A DNA stretch of 63,018 bases, filler included, from Octopus bimaculoides (lineage: Eukaryota), in assembly GCF_001194135.2 (NCBI RefSeq). It is 5 parts of 3 records of this genome, joined end to end, with 100 filler letters (N's around TTAATTAATTAA, not from the genome) between each part and the next. Parts side by side here need not be neighbours in the genome. Positions count along the whole stretch, not along the records: positions 48,823 to 63,018 come from NC_068991.1; 4 more parts are not named here. One strand, given 5' to 3'. Each line of letters starts with the position of its first letter. The stretch's first letter is position 1. The position numbers and the translations under genes are program-made. This document shows, one piece after another, positions 51,851-63,018 of the stretch. The notes under the pieces were generated by a model that saw only the letters and a program-made list of their open reading frames with translations, was not told the DNA's origin and did no database searches.

Positions 51851-51855
<5 letters not shown>
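51666..51855. mobile_element. MITE with ~50-bp imperfect TIRs in TA-rich context
   Basis: Left ggacggtcattttttctgccaaataaatacatgcactat; right atagagcgcgtatttatttggcgaaaaaaaatgacaatcccgaaatacaat is its reverse complement. Confidence 0.8.
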
Positions 51856-51896
<41 letters not shown>

Positions 51897-52039
51897 NNNN
51901 NNNNNNNNNNNNNNNNNNNNNNNNNNNNNNNNNNNNNNNNNNNNNNNNNNNNNNNNNNNNNNNNNNNNNNNNNNNNNNNNNNNNNNNNNNNNNNNNNNNN
52001 NNNNNNNNNNNNNNNNNNNNNNNNNNNNNNNNNNNNNNN

Positions 52040-52083
<44 letters not shown>

Positions 52084-52084
52084 C

Positions 52085-52235
52085 ACGACGGGCTTCTGCC
52101 AGTTTCCATCCACTAAATCCACTCATAAGTCTTCGGTCGGCCCGAAGCTGTAGTAGAATACGCTTGCCCAAGGTGCCACGCAGTGGGACTGAGCTCAGGA
52201 CCAAGTGGTTGGGAAGCAAGCTTCTTACCACCGCA
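52085..52235 (-). mobile_element. SINE family B head
   Basis: acgacgggcttctgccagtttccatc..gcccaaggtgccacgcagtgggactga..gcttcttaccac. Confidence 0.9.
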
Positions 52236-53788
52236 CGCGTCTGTGTGTGTATACATAGTACATGTACATACATATGCATATACATACATAATTTTACATT
52301 TTGTAAAAGTCTGCAATCAGAAATTCAATTGTTCAAATTTAGCAAGTCAAAGTTAAACAAATTTAGTTCCTGATACGGAAGCCAGCAAAAGGAGAGGGAT
52401 ATACTGAAACAGCGCTTGTGCGAGGTCAAATAATGGAAATGCAAGCTTGTTTAACAAGTCGTTTGAACATGCCAAGTACACTTTCCAGGCAAGTATACCG
52501 GACATATAATACTAGACTCCAATCTATTGGTTACACATGAAATATGCTCACTGAGATACTATAACTGAAGAAAATTCACTAATTTATTCACAAGTTATAT
52601 ATGCGTTTACTAGCAGAGTACCCATCAAAAACGATAATGTTTATCCCTGTTTCATTTCAGTAACTCTTAACCAATTCGCTTTAAGCTTTACATAGTTTGC
52701 GTTTCATTGTCACTTCAAGAGTATTCTGCTCGCGCCTTACTTTGATTCTTCTTTTATTTAACTTCGTTTTATTGCATTTCTCCCTGCAATTCACTTCGGT
52801 TACTGACTTATTCTGATGATAACCTTCCATCTTATAGTTCAAAATGAAGTACTTCCTCTGGGGCTGAGAATTTCTTCTTCTGTCCGCACAGACTCATTCA
52901 CATCGCCATTTCCTTATATTAATCGCGCAGTCTGCACATATTTCATTTCATCACGTTACCTTTCTAATCTTCCTACACAATTGTAAAGCTCTAACTTTCT
53001 CCTTTCCACACCTTCTCTGTTACTCGCATTATCTTGTCTTCCCTTTCTTTTTTACTACTTCTTCCAGCCCTTGTTATGTTTTACTGGTTACACAGTTGTC
53101 TGCCTATATCTCTTGCTGGGTTCCTGCTGTCTGCTTCTCTCTTCTCTAACTCATTGTCATTCTATCAATTTTCTAGCAATCTATCGGTCATTCCTCTCTC
53201 TCTTTGTTTTATCTTTCCCGGTATAAACATTGCTTTCGCCTTCAATATTATTTATCACGCTACCTCCCTAATTCGGCCTGTATATTGTTGAGTTTTATCT
53301 TTTTTCTACCCCACCACACACACACATACACGCACACACGCACGCAGGCACACACAAACACGCGCACGCACAGTTCTTTGTGTGCATGTGTGTGCGCGTC
53401 TGTTTGAAATCGCCTTGGTCTCCTGGCAAAGAAATACGTCGATCAGTTTCACTAGATGTTCTTGAGCGGAATGTTTGCAGAATTAAGAAAACCTTTATTT
53501 ATAAATTATGTGAAAGCCAGAAAACAGTACAGAACAGGAATGCATTTGCTGCAGAGTTTCCTTTCGTATTACAACAATTTGATTTGAAACCTTTGTTGGT
53601 TGGCACCTCGTTTCATCATTGAAAGATCAATAAAATCTACACAAGTCATAACTTGGAGCCGATCGTTCTTCTACTCATCTTAAATTTTGTATTAATGTAA
53701 GAAACAATTATCTATATTTTACAGGGTATTCATAAATTATCTTCACAACATCCAGTGTTACATGTGTTGCGTGCCACCAATGGAGACC

Positions 53789-54590
53789 ACATGGATCGGA
53801 ACAAGTAGTAATCCAAGGGAAGGCGGTGAGCTGGCAGAAACGTTAGCACGCCGGGCGAAATGCTTAGCGGTATTTCGTCTACCGTTATGTTCTGAGTTCA
53901 AATTCCGCCGAGGTCGACTTTGCCTTTCATCTTTTCGGGGTCGATTAAATAAGTACCAGTTACGCACTGGGGTCGATATAATCGACTTAATCCGTTTGTC
54001 TGTCTTTGTTTGTCCCCTATGTGTATAGCCCCTTGTAGGCAGTAAAGAAATAGGTATTTCGTCTGTCTCTACGTTGAGTTCAAATTCCGCCGAGGTTGAC
54101 TTTGCCTTTTATCCTTTCGGGGTCGATAAATTAAGTACTAGTTGCGTACTGGGGTCGATCTAATCAACTGGCCCTCTCTCCCAAAATTTCGGGCCTTGTG
54201 CCTAAAGTAGAAAAGTAGTCATCCAAGGAAGCTAGGTCCGGAATGCTGGGCGTGGCATCAGTTCGATTCCCTTAAATTCTTGGTGTTTATTCCGGATTGT
54301 TCGACCAATATAAGCTTTGAGTTACCTTACTGTAGAAGAGCTCACTTTCTGTTAAGCAATGCCAGGTATTTTTGCCGCACAATGGCATACATCCGCTTCA
54401 GGTAGTCGGAGTACAAGCTAGCATCGATGGTTCGATCGTCCAGAACGAACTCGTTGTGAATTATCCCCTCATAGTTCTATCACACGCAGAGCATCACCTT
54501 GTGTTGAAAACATTCCTGCTTGGTGACAGGTTCCGGAAGCTGCCCTAGCTTAACCCTAGCTTCCACGTTAGAATTGTGGAAAAAAAATCT
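53789..54590 (-). mobile_element. Mariner catalytic-domain relic (minus strand), interrupted by SINE A
   Basis: VKLGQLPEPVTKQECFQHKVMLCV**NYEGIIHNEF..TIDASLYSDYLKRMYAIVRQKYLALLNRK*ALLQ..GIELMPRPAF/PDLA..[SINE]..PLDYYLFRSM. Confidence 0.9.
53822..54213 (+). mobile_element. Dimeric SINE family A with ~18-bp target-site duplication
   Basis: GGCGGTGAGCTGGCAGAAACGTTAGCACGCCGGGCG head, second monomer from ~54050; TSD agtagtaatccaagggaag (53804-53822) vs agtagtcatccaaggaag (54214-54231). Confidence 0.93.
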
Positions 54591-54864
54591 CCCTCGGATT
54601 GTTACTTGTTCCGATCCATGGCTAACTTCCTGCCCTCGCGACGATTCATCAATCAAAAGGAGGTGGAAGCTTCAGTGTAGGAGTTCTACGCCTCGGAGTA
54701 CAAGAACTGGTATTAGCTTGGGATCAACGAACAGGCAGAATGGTGGCTTCAGACGGTGCAACACAATGGCCTCTACTTAGAAAGATGGCCTGCTTTTATT
54801 GTAGCTTGACGAATAAAACAAATAAGTTAACAAAATATTGCATAACTTTTGTCTCAACACAATA
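54591..54864 (+). mobile_element. Mariner C-terminal relic with 3' TIR (plus strand)
   Basis: PSDCYLFRSMANFLPSRRFINQKEVEASV*EFYASEYKNWY*LGINEQAEWWLQTVQHNGLYLE; TIR ttgcataacttttgtctcaacacaaTA. Confidence 0.9.
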
Positions 54865-57656
54865 ATTTGAAATCTAGTTTCGCAGGCTCGACCACCACCG
54901 AGCTACCATCTTTAAGGACAACAGAAAGGCGAAACTATAACAGTTTAGAATTTCTTTCCCTTTCTGGGTCTTTTTTTTTTTTTTTGCTGAAATAGCTTGC
55001 GTTCAAATCCCGTCGGGATTCCCTTTACGTTTCATCACCACCGAACTAAAAGTGAATGCGTTGCAGGTACTTACCGGCATCTTAGTGTAAAGGTGAGATC
55101 ATGTGAGAAAGTGAAACATTTTGTGGTTGCTACTTTGGTTACAAGGGCAATGGAAGCAAAAAGAGAAAGTATAGTAATAAAAGGACAACTTAAAAAACAA
55201 TGGTGATGTAGTAACGAGACAGTTTCATTTCACCACGTCTTCAATTTTATTTATCTATTTATTTGTTTATTTATTTATTTATTATGTTAATCGTATAGAA
55301 TAGATAGAAATAAATGGGGGAAAAATTAGATTTCGAGATGAGACTATCTGTAATAGGAAACCGCCCGTGTATGTATAGGTGTATGTATGTGTGTACGCTC
55401 ATACTCATATGCACGCGCGCACATATGATCGTGGATATAAACATACATTTACACACACACAGACACACACACACATATATGTATATAGATATGAACATCG
55501 CTCTTGGCCTCTATCTCAAGTGGTCTGTCTCGATTTTGTAAGCCGAGGAGGGACGGTAATTTCTGTTGAAGGGGTCCAACAGAAAGTGGCGTGCAGAACT
55601 AACAGGCAAATGAGGAGGAGCGCTTAAGGACTTAAGCAAAATCAGCGGTGTTCGACCGTTGTTTGTTTTTTTGTTTGGCGAAACGTTGGGCGCCTCTCAA
55701 GTAGGCATACTGAAGCTCTGTTGTTTAGAGTACAAGTGGTGGAGCTCCATCGACGGCCATTGAAAACGTTCTTACCGTGTCTCATGCTGGCAAAGGCTTA
55801 GAAATATGTTTCCAGCTTACAGTACTAATCAGCTTTATCACATTTTTTTAAGAAAAAAAAAACACTTTTTGTACCTATATTTTTTATATTTATTCTTGAA
55901 ATTATTTCCTTTCTTTACCATTATGTGAAAGTTAGTGAGAGCATAGTGCGTTAATAAGAAAAAACGATGATGATGATGATATTATTATTATTGTTATTAT
56001 CATCATTGATTCAAGAATAAAGATTCGGGAATAAATTGCAACCTGAGTGAAAAACAATAGCAGAGAGTAATGTAAAATGTGCTCCCTCCCGTCTTAAACA
56101 AAGAAGTCAGAGTATAAGTGCAAAGAACTGCGAAGTGCAGCGAAAAAGGCTCAGTGAATTGAAGAAAAAGATGTAGTGCTCCATGTATATGTGTGATTAT
56201 ATATACATATACACACACACACACACATACACATATATACGTGGGCGTGTGTTTGTGTTTGTGTGTGTTTCTGTGAGTGTTTGTGCGTGAGAGTGAGTGA
56301 GTATGCATGTTGAGAGGGAGAGAGAGAAACAGAGGGAGAGAGAGAGACAGAGAGTCAGTCAGACAGACAGATAGATGGAGTGAAAATGTGCGATTAATAT
56401 ATGAGGAAGGTCACAATGGAAGCCAATAAAACGCAAGAAGAAAAAAGAGTATTAAATTGGATGTCTATTACATTGGGGTTTCGTTGAGGCTGTAGCCTGA
56501 GGGCTCATTTCAATGTGTTTGTTACACAGGCGTTACAGATGGGCAGCGTAAGAACGAAAGTTCGCTCGTCTTCGCCTTGGATCTTTTGCGTACAATTGGC
56601 TACAAGAGTTTGGTTATAATTCTTATAGTGCTTCTTCGACCCCTGAAAGTTGAAAATGTCAGTAGACCTCGCGCAGTGTAATTAAATGATCTACTTCTAA
56701 ATTAATGGCTTTTATTGGTTAAACATAAACGGTATATATATCTTAAATGCAGTGAACGAAGATATATTTTGACCTTCAGTTTTACTATGCCCGTGTCTTT
56801 ACATAGATCTATACTTTGTTCCAAGATACAACTTACAGATCCTCTGGGATGTATCATCATTGATGTTTCTGGGGTCTTAGGTGGTTTCGAGTATTTCAGC
56901 ATCCGCCTTCGTCGTTCAGTTTACTCAGCCGGGGCCAATCAAATCCCAGCTTGCTTATCATGTGCCGCAAATCACTGCTCTTTCCTCCTTATTCAAAGCT
57001 ACCTTGTGGATTCGTTTGCAGCTCCGGTAATTAAATTACAACGAATCAAATTCAAAGATAAGTCAACGTATAAGTTCACAAGGGCCTAAACTCTTCTTTG
57101 ACAGACCTTAAGACCTTTTTTGTTTTGTTAGTCCGGTACAAGTAAACGTGAACACGTTTGAGTCACGTTTCACCATTAAAAAAAAAAGAACTTATTGGTT
57201 TAAATAAAGACTGAAGAGAAAACTAAATGTTAGTAGATAAACTCTCGTTGCTCGTCGATAAATATTTTAATTAGTTAGGAATTTATCTCAGCTAGCCTAG
57301 AAATTAAATTAACTGGTCGAAACGTTTAGCGTGGTTATCGTAGCAACTCGATAAAATATCATAAGCTGATGAAAATAATTTAGCTAGCCGAGGTATTATT
57401 TTAGCTTCGTGAAACAGTACCTTAGTTAAGAAATTATCATGGGTAGTCAAGAAATTATATTAATACACTCTCTTCAGTCTGACAATAAGTTATCTTTTCT
57501 CGTTGTAGAATAATCTTTAACGAGCCGATATCACAGCTAGCTGAAATATTACTTTAACTACATGATAAAATAGCTTAGGTAACCGAAAAAAATCATGATT
57601 GCTGGCCGAGAAATAATTTTAGCAAGGCGAAAAATTATCTTGATCCTTTCCTTATC

Positions 57657-57684
57657 CTGATGAAGGGCTAATGTCCGAAAGGTT
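57657..57684 (+). ncRNA. Minimal hammerhead-like motif
   Basis: CUGAUGA-A-GGGC(UAAU)GUCC-GAAA-GGUU; stem III C->G relative to GAAACGUU, no stem I pairing found. Confidence 0.45.
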
Positions 57685-57732
57685 ACACCTTTTCCCTTCC
57701 TTCTTTTAAGCTTTAAGTTAGTACAATATTTT

Positions 57733-57940
57733 CTGGCAGAAACGTTAGCACTCCGGGCGAAATTCTTAGCGGTATTTCGTCTGTTTTTACGTTCTGAGTT
57801 CAAATTCCACCGAGGACGACTTTGCCTTTCATCCTTTCGGGGTCGATAGATTAAGTACCAGTCGCGTAATGGGTTGATATAATCGACTGCCCCACCTCTC
57901 CCCCCAAAATTTCAGGCCTTGTGCCTTGAGTAGAAAAGAA
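57733..57940 (+). mobile_element. SINE family A, monomer
   Basis: ctggcagaaacgttagcactccgggcgaaattcttagcggtatttcg..tctgagttcaaattcc..ggccttgtgcc. Confidence 0.92.
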
Positions 57941-58699
57941 TATTTGCTCCGTCTTGTCATTCCCGTATCGTATTCTTTCTTGTTCTTTTTGTTCACCAGT
58001 GATACACAGGACATAGATATCTGGCATTCATGCATCATATACGTCACACGTTCCCAATTTTATCAATCACCAAATCAACTTGGAAAACTTGATATTACTC
58101 AGAATGTATGAAACGAGGTCTAACTCAAAGTCTAAAAACAAGTATGGACGTTTAGAACAAACTTATGATAATGCTTTCGACAGGCGAAGGATTAACTAGC
58201 GAAGAAGTTATTTTTAGCCGTCGAGGAGTAATTATTTTAGGTTAGAGACTATTTCAAGTATTTGGGAAATACTCTTAACTAGCCGAGAGGTTAAAATCTG
58301 GTGGAAAGTATATCTTCTCTAGCCGACAAATTTCCATAGAATTATCTCTTCTTCCACTCTACTTAACCACAATGAACATATAAATTGAAATAAAAATTAA
58401 TTTTACAAGCGTTGCCACTTCATGCCGCAATGGCAAATGTTTATTCTTTTCAAACTTCCACGTGGTTTGCGACCTATCAAAAAGAATGAAAATAAAGAAA
58501 CTGCAAGAGGCCAATAAAGATACATAAATTTGTTTGGTCGAGGATATGCAAATTAGAGAATAGAAGCTCTTGTGAAGAACAGCAACCAGCAGCTGAAAAC
58601 TTGTCAAAGGGGAGAAAAGTAGGTTGCGTCAGACCGGATACTTTTTTGATGAGGAGAGTAGTAAGGGAAGAGATAAGTGGACGGAGAACAGAACGTTAC

Positions 58700-59060
58700 A
58701 TGAGTCGTGGTATTGAGGGTGTTATTAAAGACAGTGATGGTGTTAAGAGTAAATGTGGTGATGCTGTTGATGGTAAAGCATGAGATGGTGGCAGTGGCGG
58801 TGTTGGATGGTATTTGTGATGGCAGTTTTGGTAGTGGTGCATATGAAGATGGTGGAAGGGGTTGTGGTAGAGACAACGTTCTTGCTCGTGGTGGTATTGA
58901 TAGCTGTGATAGTGTTGATGTTAGTGTTGGTGTTCGCGTGAGTGTTTGTGATGATGGTGGTGGTGTTATTGATGATGTTGATGGGAATGGTTGTATTAAT
59001 TGTGGTTATGGTCGTGCTGTTGGTGGGGGTGCGTATGATGGCGCTACTATAAATGATAGT
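58700..59060. repeat. Fuzzy (GGT/GAT/GTT) trinucleotide low-complexity tract
   Basis: Direct reading. Confidence 0.7.
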
Positions 59061-59272
59061 GTGGCTGGAAGTGGGATCATGCCAATGACCGTATTGACGG
59101 AATAGTCACGCTTTCTAATCATAGGTTTGCTCTTTCAGTTAATTTAGGGCAACATAACACCTCAGTAAACAACACAATTGTGGGAATCGAGACATTACAA
59201 AAAAGACCGTTTCGGAAGATAAAAGGACATAGACTGAGAAGTAATATCGGGTTAGTAAGAAGTTTTCGTGCA

Positions 59273-59720
59273 TTCTTTTATTCTTTTATTTGTTTCAGTC
59301 ATATGATTGCAACCATACTGGAGCACCGCATTGAATGGTTTTTAGTTGAACAAATCGGCCCCCATGACTTATTTCTAAAGCCTAGTACTTATTCTATCGG
59401 TCTCTTTGCCGAAATGCTAAGTTACGGGGACGTAAACACACCAACACTGGTCGTCAAGCGGTGATGTGAGACAAACACTGAACAGAGACACACACAAATA
59501 CACACACAAATACACACACACACACACACACGCGCGCAGATACACACACACACACACACACACACATATGTATAATATATACGACGGGCTTCTTTCAGTG
59601 TCCATCTACCAAGTCCATTCACAAGAAGTTGGTCAGCCTGAAGCTATAGTAGAAGACATTTGCCCTAGGTACCACGCAGTGGGACTGAACCACAGACCAT
59701 GTGGTTGAGAAGCTAGCTTC
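59273..59720 (-). mobile_element. SINE family B, near full length
   Basis: Tail ctggagcaccgc..ctaagttacggggacgtaaacacaccaacac, (CA)n, head acgacgggcttctttcag..gcagtgggactgaacc. Confidence 0.92.
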
Positions 59721-59802
59721 CTGGATCTTATATTATATCAATATTGAAGATGTTACTTTAAATATACGTAGACATACATTCACACGTTTTATACGATTAT
59801 TT

Positions 59803-59853
<51 letters not shown>

Positions 59854-60084
59854 ACTCACTCACAAATGCACACACTCATGTGTATTCGAGGAGTTTGCTA
59901 GCGGATAGTAAAACAGAGTTAAAGTTACGGGGTGGCACCGCTCGGCTGTGATGTGTATAAATACAAGGTTTTTACCAGTTCAAATATGCTTGGGGCATAT
60001 TCAAAACAGTAAGAAAGCCATTCACAGCGTTTTGTCACGAAGAAAGTTTATTGCTGTAGATAAATTATGTAAATACACCAAAAT

Positions 60085-60150
60085 CAGCTTGCACCTATCC
60101 TGACTGTGGGATGCAAGCATTTCGGAGCGGTTAACTCCTCTTCAGTAACA
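60085..60150 (-). ncRNA. Hammerhead-like motif with intact core boxes
   Basis: CUGAAGA-GGAG(UUAACCG)CUCC-GAAA-U-GCUUGCA..UGCAAGC hairpin; stem I and NUH register not convincing. Confidence 0.45.
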
Positions 60151-63018
60151 GAAATCGGACAGAGAGCCACTACAATGCCAGTTGGAAATAAAGGAAACAA
60201 AACGCCGATCACGAAAAACCTCTTTATATTTTAATAGTTTCAACTCTCAAAAGAATTCATGAAAATATGATGAATAAATTCACTTGTGATCAGTATACCG
60301 TTCTCCCTTTGATGGGGTCGGGTTAAACAATTAGCGTCGGACAGATTTTGTATGGTATTGATACGCACATTTAAAACGGTGATACATTATGGATTGTGTT
60401 CTTAAGCATCAAATTATCAATAAATTGTGCTTCGGTTTTATTAGTAGCTGTAATGGCCTGAATATGATATCTCCCCAAATGCTTTCTAAAGTTTCTATCC
60501 AATGGGTTTTCAACCCAGTATTTACGTGTTATTACTTATAGCTTTGTCTGCTACGAGGTCCACCGCCCCTAAAAAGAATACACACACACACACACGCACA
60601 CACACATATTTACACATATATACAAACGTACGTACACACACGCACGCGCGCGCGCACGCACACACACACACACACACACACGAAAAAATTAAATAAGACA
60701 AACGCAGATTATTTTAAAGATTTCTTTTTCGAAAATATAAAGTTGATGGATGTTATGATAAACATTTATGAATTAAAAATACTATTAATGATAAATATCT
60801 TTAAAAAAAAACTCTGAAGTTAAAAAAATATAATTACGCATTTATTAATAATTAATTATGCATTAATTTGATAATTCACATCGTCAGCTTCAGTCTGTGT
60901 GATATTTGAACAAAATGAAATAATTTAACATAACTTTCGTGCGCCCAAATAAACAAATAATAAAGTTTTAAAAATACTTATAAATTGACAATTGAAAAAT
61001 CACACTATTTCTAGTTTACCTTTAGCGGGATGTTTATCCAAAATGAAGAATAGCTGTATGTTGGGAGGGAAGAACAAATAAGGCATCTCTTCCAAGTTTT
61101 TCAGAAACACTTTCTTCTCCAGGATCTTCAGTTAATGAAAAGAAACAGCAAAAGTAGAAGTTTCTTGGGTAGTTTTTTTAAAGAATGTATCCAATGTGGA
61201 ATACCCTTTTTCTCTGAACAGCTTGCAATTACTGCAGCACTTTATAAGAAAAAATTTTCCCATGGATACTTTCTTTAAAAAAGAAAGCGTGGTATGTTCT
61301 CAAAGCATCCTTGAGCTCACGCCAGAAACAAAATACTTTTTCAGCTTTTCTTCTGATATAATTGTTTTTTCGTTTTGATTTTCTCCCTTAGAGTTCAGTC
61401 TTTCTTGCGAGTATTCAACTTCTTTTTAGTGTAGCTCTTTCGGATCATTGATGAATAAATCTCTTTTCTGCTTCTCAAGTGAATAATTTCACTTCGTCTG
61501 ATAAAAACAAAAATTTCTTCAGTTTTTCAAAATCATGACGTTAGATGTTTTTATAGATAAACACATGATTGACGGTTAAAACTCGAAAAATCTATCAGAA
61601 ATGGTGCAACTGAAACTAATGTAAAAGGCTAAAACTCCTTAAGAATGCATGCCAATATCTAGCTTTCTACGAGTACATATGATCTTCCTAAGCTTTGTCT
61701 CCAGAATATGATAGATAGAAAAAGAAACTAAAGATGTCTGAACTGACTACAACGTTCTCAATGTCAGCCATGAACAGAACTCAATACAATGACAGCGAGT
61801 AGAGATGGATGGAGTAATTATGCAGTAGACCCGGTTAGATAACGCGCGTGTGTGTATGTGGGTGTGTGTGTGCGTGTATGTGCGCGCGCGCGTGCGAGTG
61901 TGCGTATTTGTGTGAGTGTATGTTTGTATTTGTGTGAGCGTTTGTGTGTGTGTGTGTGTGTGTGTGAGAGTTGGTTGGGTTAAGAACTCATTTCGCAAAC
62001 ACTTAGTTCCATTTTCGGTCTTAACGCTTCCCAAACATTTCCCTCCGTTTCCTATGGTCGTGTGTGTGTCGGGGGGGGGGATGTGTGTGTGCATGTACCT
62101 GCATGACCCTATGTATACCTAGATCAGTGTTTATTTGCCTATGGCATGTGTATATTAGTTTAAGTTAGAAGTCCCAAACGATAGGGGCGTGTTGAGTTAC
62201 ATCCATTTACATCAAAGGCGGACTTTGACATTCAATAAAGAGAAATTGAGAAAATAAGTCCCAAATAAGCAGGTAGATCGATATAATGGATTGAAACATT
62301 TGAAGACAAGATGCCCCAGCGTCATTGCAGTCAAAGAATAAAAGTATCGTCTCTCTCTCTCTCTCTCTCGCCTTCATTCTTCCCCTCTTCTTTCTCTCAC
62401 CTTCTCACTTCTATTCTAGCCTTTCTACTTACTCTTTCTCTCTCACTCCCTCTTGTATTCTTAGCCTTTCTCCCTTCTCTTCATCCCTTTCCTTTTTTCT
62501 CTGTCGCTCTCTCTCTCTCTCTCTTGTTATCTCTTTCTCTTCTGCTTATTGTTGTCACGTGAATCGTAGCCAGTTCCCTTTTTCCTTCCTTTCTTACACT
62601 GGTCCTGTAGCTGACCAGTCGCAAATTCTCTGTCTCTCCGTTCTAAATTCTTCAAGACATTTTCTAAGCGTTACCCACTATTCTCATTTCCTTGGCACCA
62701 AGGCCGTATTTTGTTCGACTGTTCGTCCTTGTCCACCGTCCTAAATCATGATCTTTGTTGTTTTGTTTGCTTTGTCTTGTTTTGTTTGCTCTCGTTCCTA
62801 ATTCTCCACAAGAAAACATTTTTTGCAGGCACCGCCAACTGGGGGGCATTCAGTCTTATCGTTAAAGGTGCGAAACTGAAAATTACCAATTGGTCGATAA
62901 CTGATGAAGAATCATGGACCATCTGTTTGTCTCCCATTCGTTTTTACATTCAATATACGTTATGTCGTTTGTTTATTTACGATACATTTTTCATTTATTA
63001 TATATATACATATATATA

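Larger units (their letters stand above)
57230..58360. repeat. Degenerate ~21-bp minisatellite (consensus near AGCTAGCCGAGAAATTATCTT), split by later insertions at ~57650-58140
   Basis: Recurrent ctagccgag / gaaattatc units at ~21-bp spacing in 57290-57645 and 58195-58350. Confidence 0.6.

Noticed and set aside
58455-58555. CACGTG E-box and ATGCAAAT octamer close together
   Set aside because: Expected by chance in 63 kb; no snRNA gene or other promoter context seen
1141-60696. Dozens of HTHTHT / CVCVCV / YIYIYI / poly-S, M, T ORFs and long X-containing ORFs
   Set aside because: Translations of microsatellites or N gaps; no coding signal

Overview
AT-rich, repeat-saturated animal genomic DNA with about 6-7 kb of N gaps. 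The SINE families and microsatellite load point to an octopus or other coleoid cephalopod (inference from recognising the repeats, no database search). I found no host protein-coding exon I can support; nearly all listed ORFs are microsatellite translations or run through gaps. The window holds: (i) 20+ copies or fragments of two tRNA-derived SINE families; (ii) decayed retroelements: Penelope-like RT+GIY-YIG (35.0-36.4 kb), RTE pieces (22.0-22.5, 23.7-24.7 kb) and a Tx1/L1-like endonuclease (42.8-43.2 kb); (iii) decayed DNA transposons: Tc1 with DD36E spacing (45.7-46.6 kb), two mariner relics (33.7-34.1; 53.8-54.9 kb, rearranged), a maT/rosa-like C-terminus (14.6-15.0 kb), a non-autonomous Helitron (3.0-3.4 kb), a TTAA piggyBac-type MITE and other MITEs; (iv) a tRNA-Asp pseudogene; (v) a near-perfect 170-bp palindrome; (vi) several hammerhead-ribozyme-like cores. 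The most interesting object is at 6.28-6.68 kb: a Pol III tRNA-type head joined via (AAT)n to a Penelope-type minimal hammerhead tail, with an inverted partial copy of that tail upstream, i.e. a candidate ribozyme-carrying, Penelope-mobilised SINE. Four TTAATTAATTAA spacers inside 100-bp gaps are assembly artefacts, so adjacency across them is not guaranteed. All alignments were done by eye.
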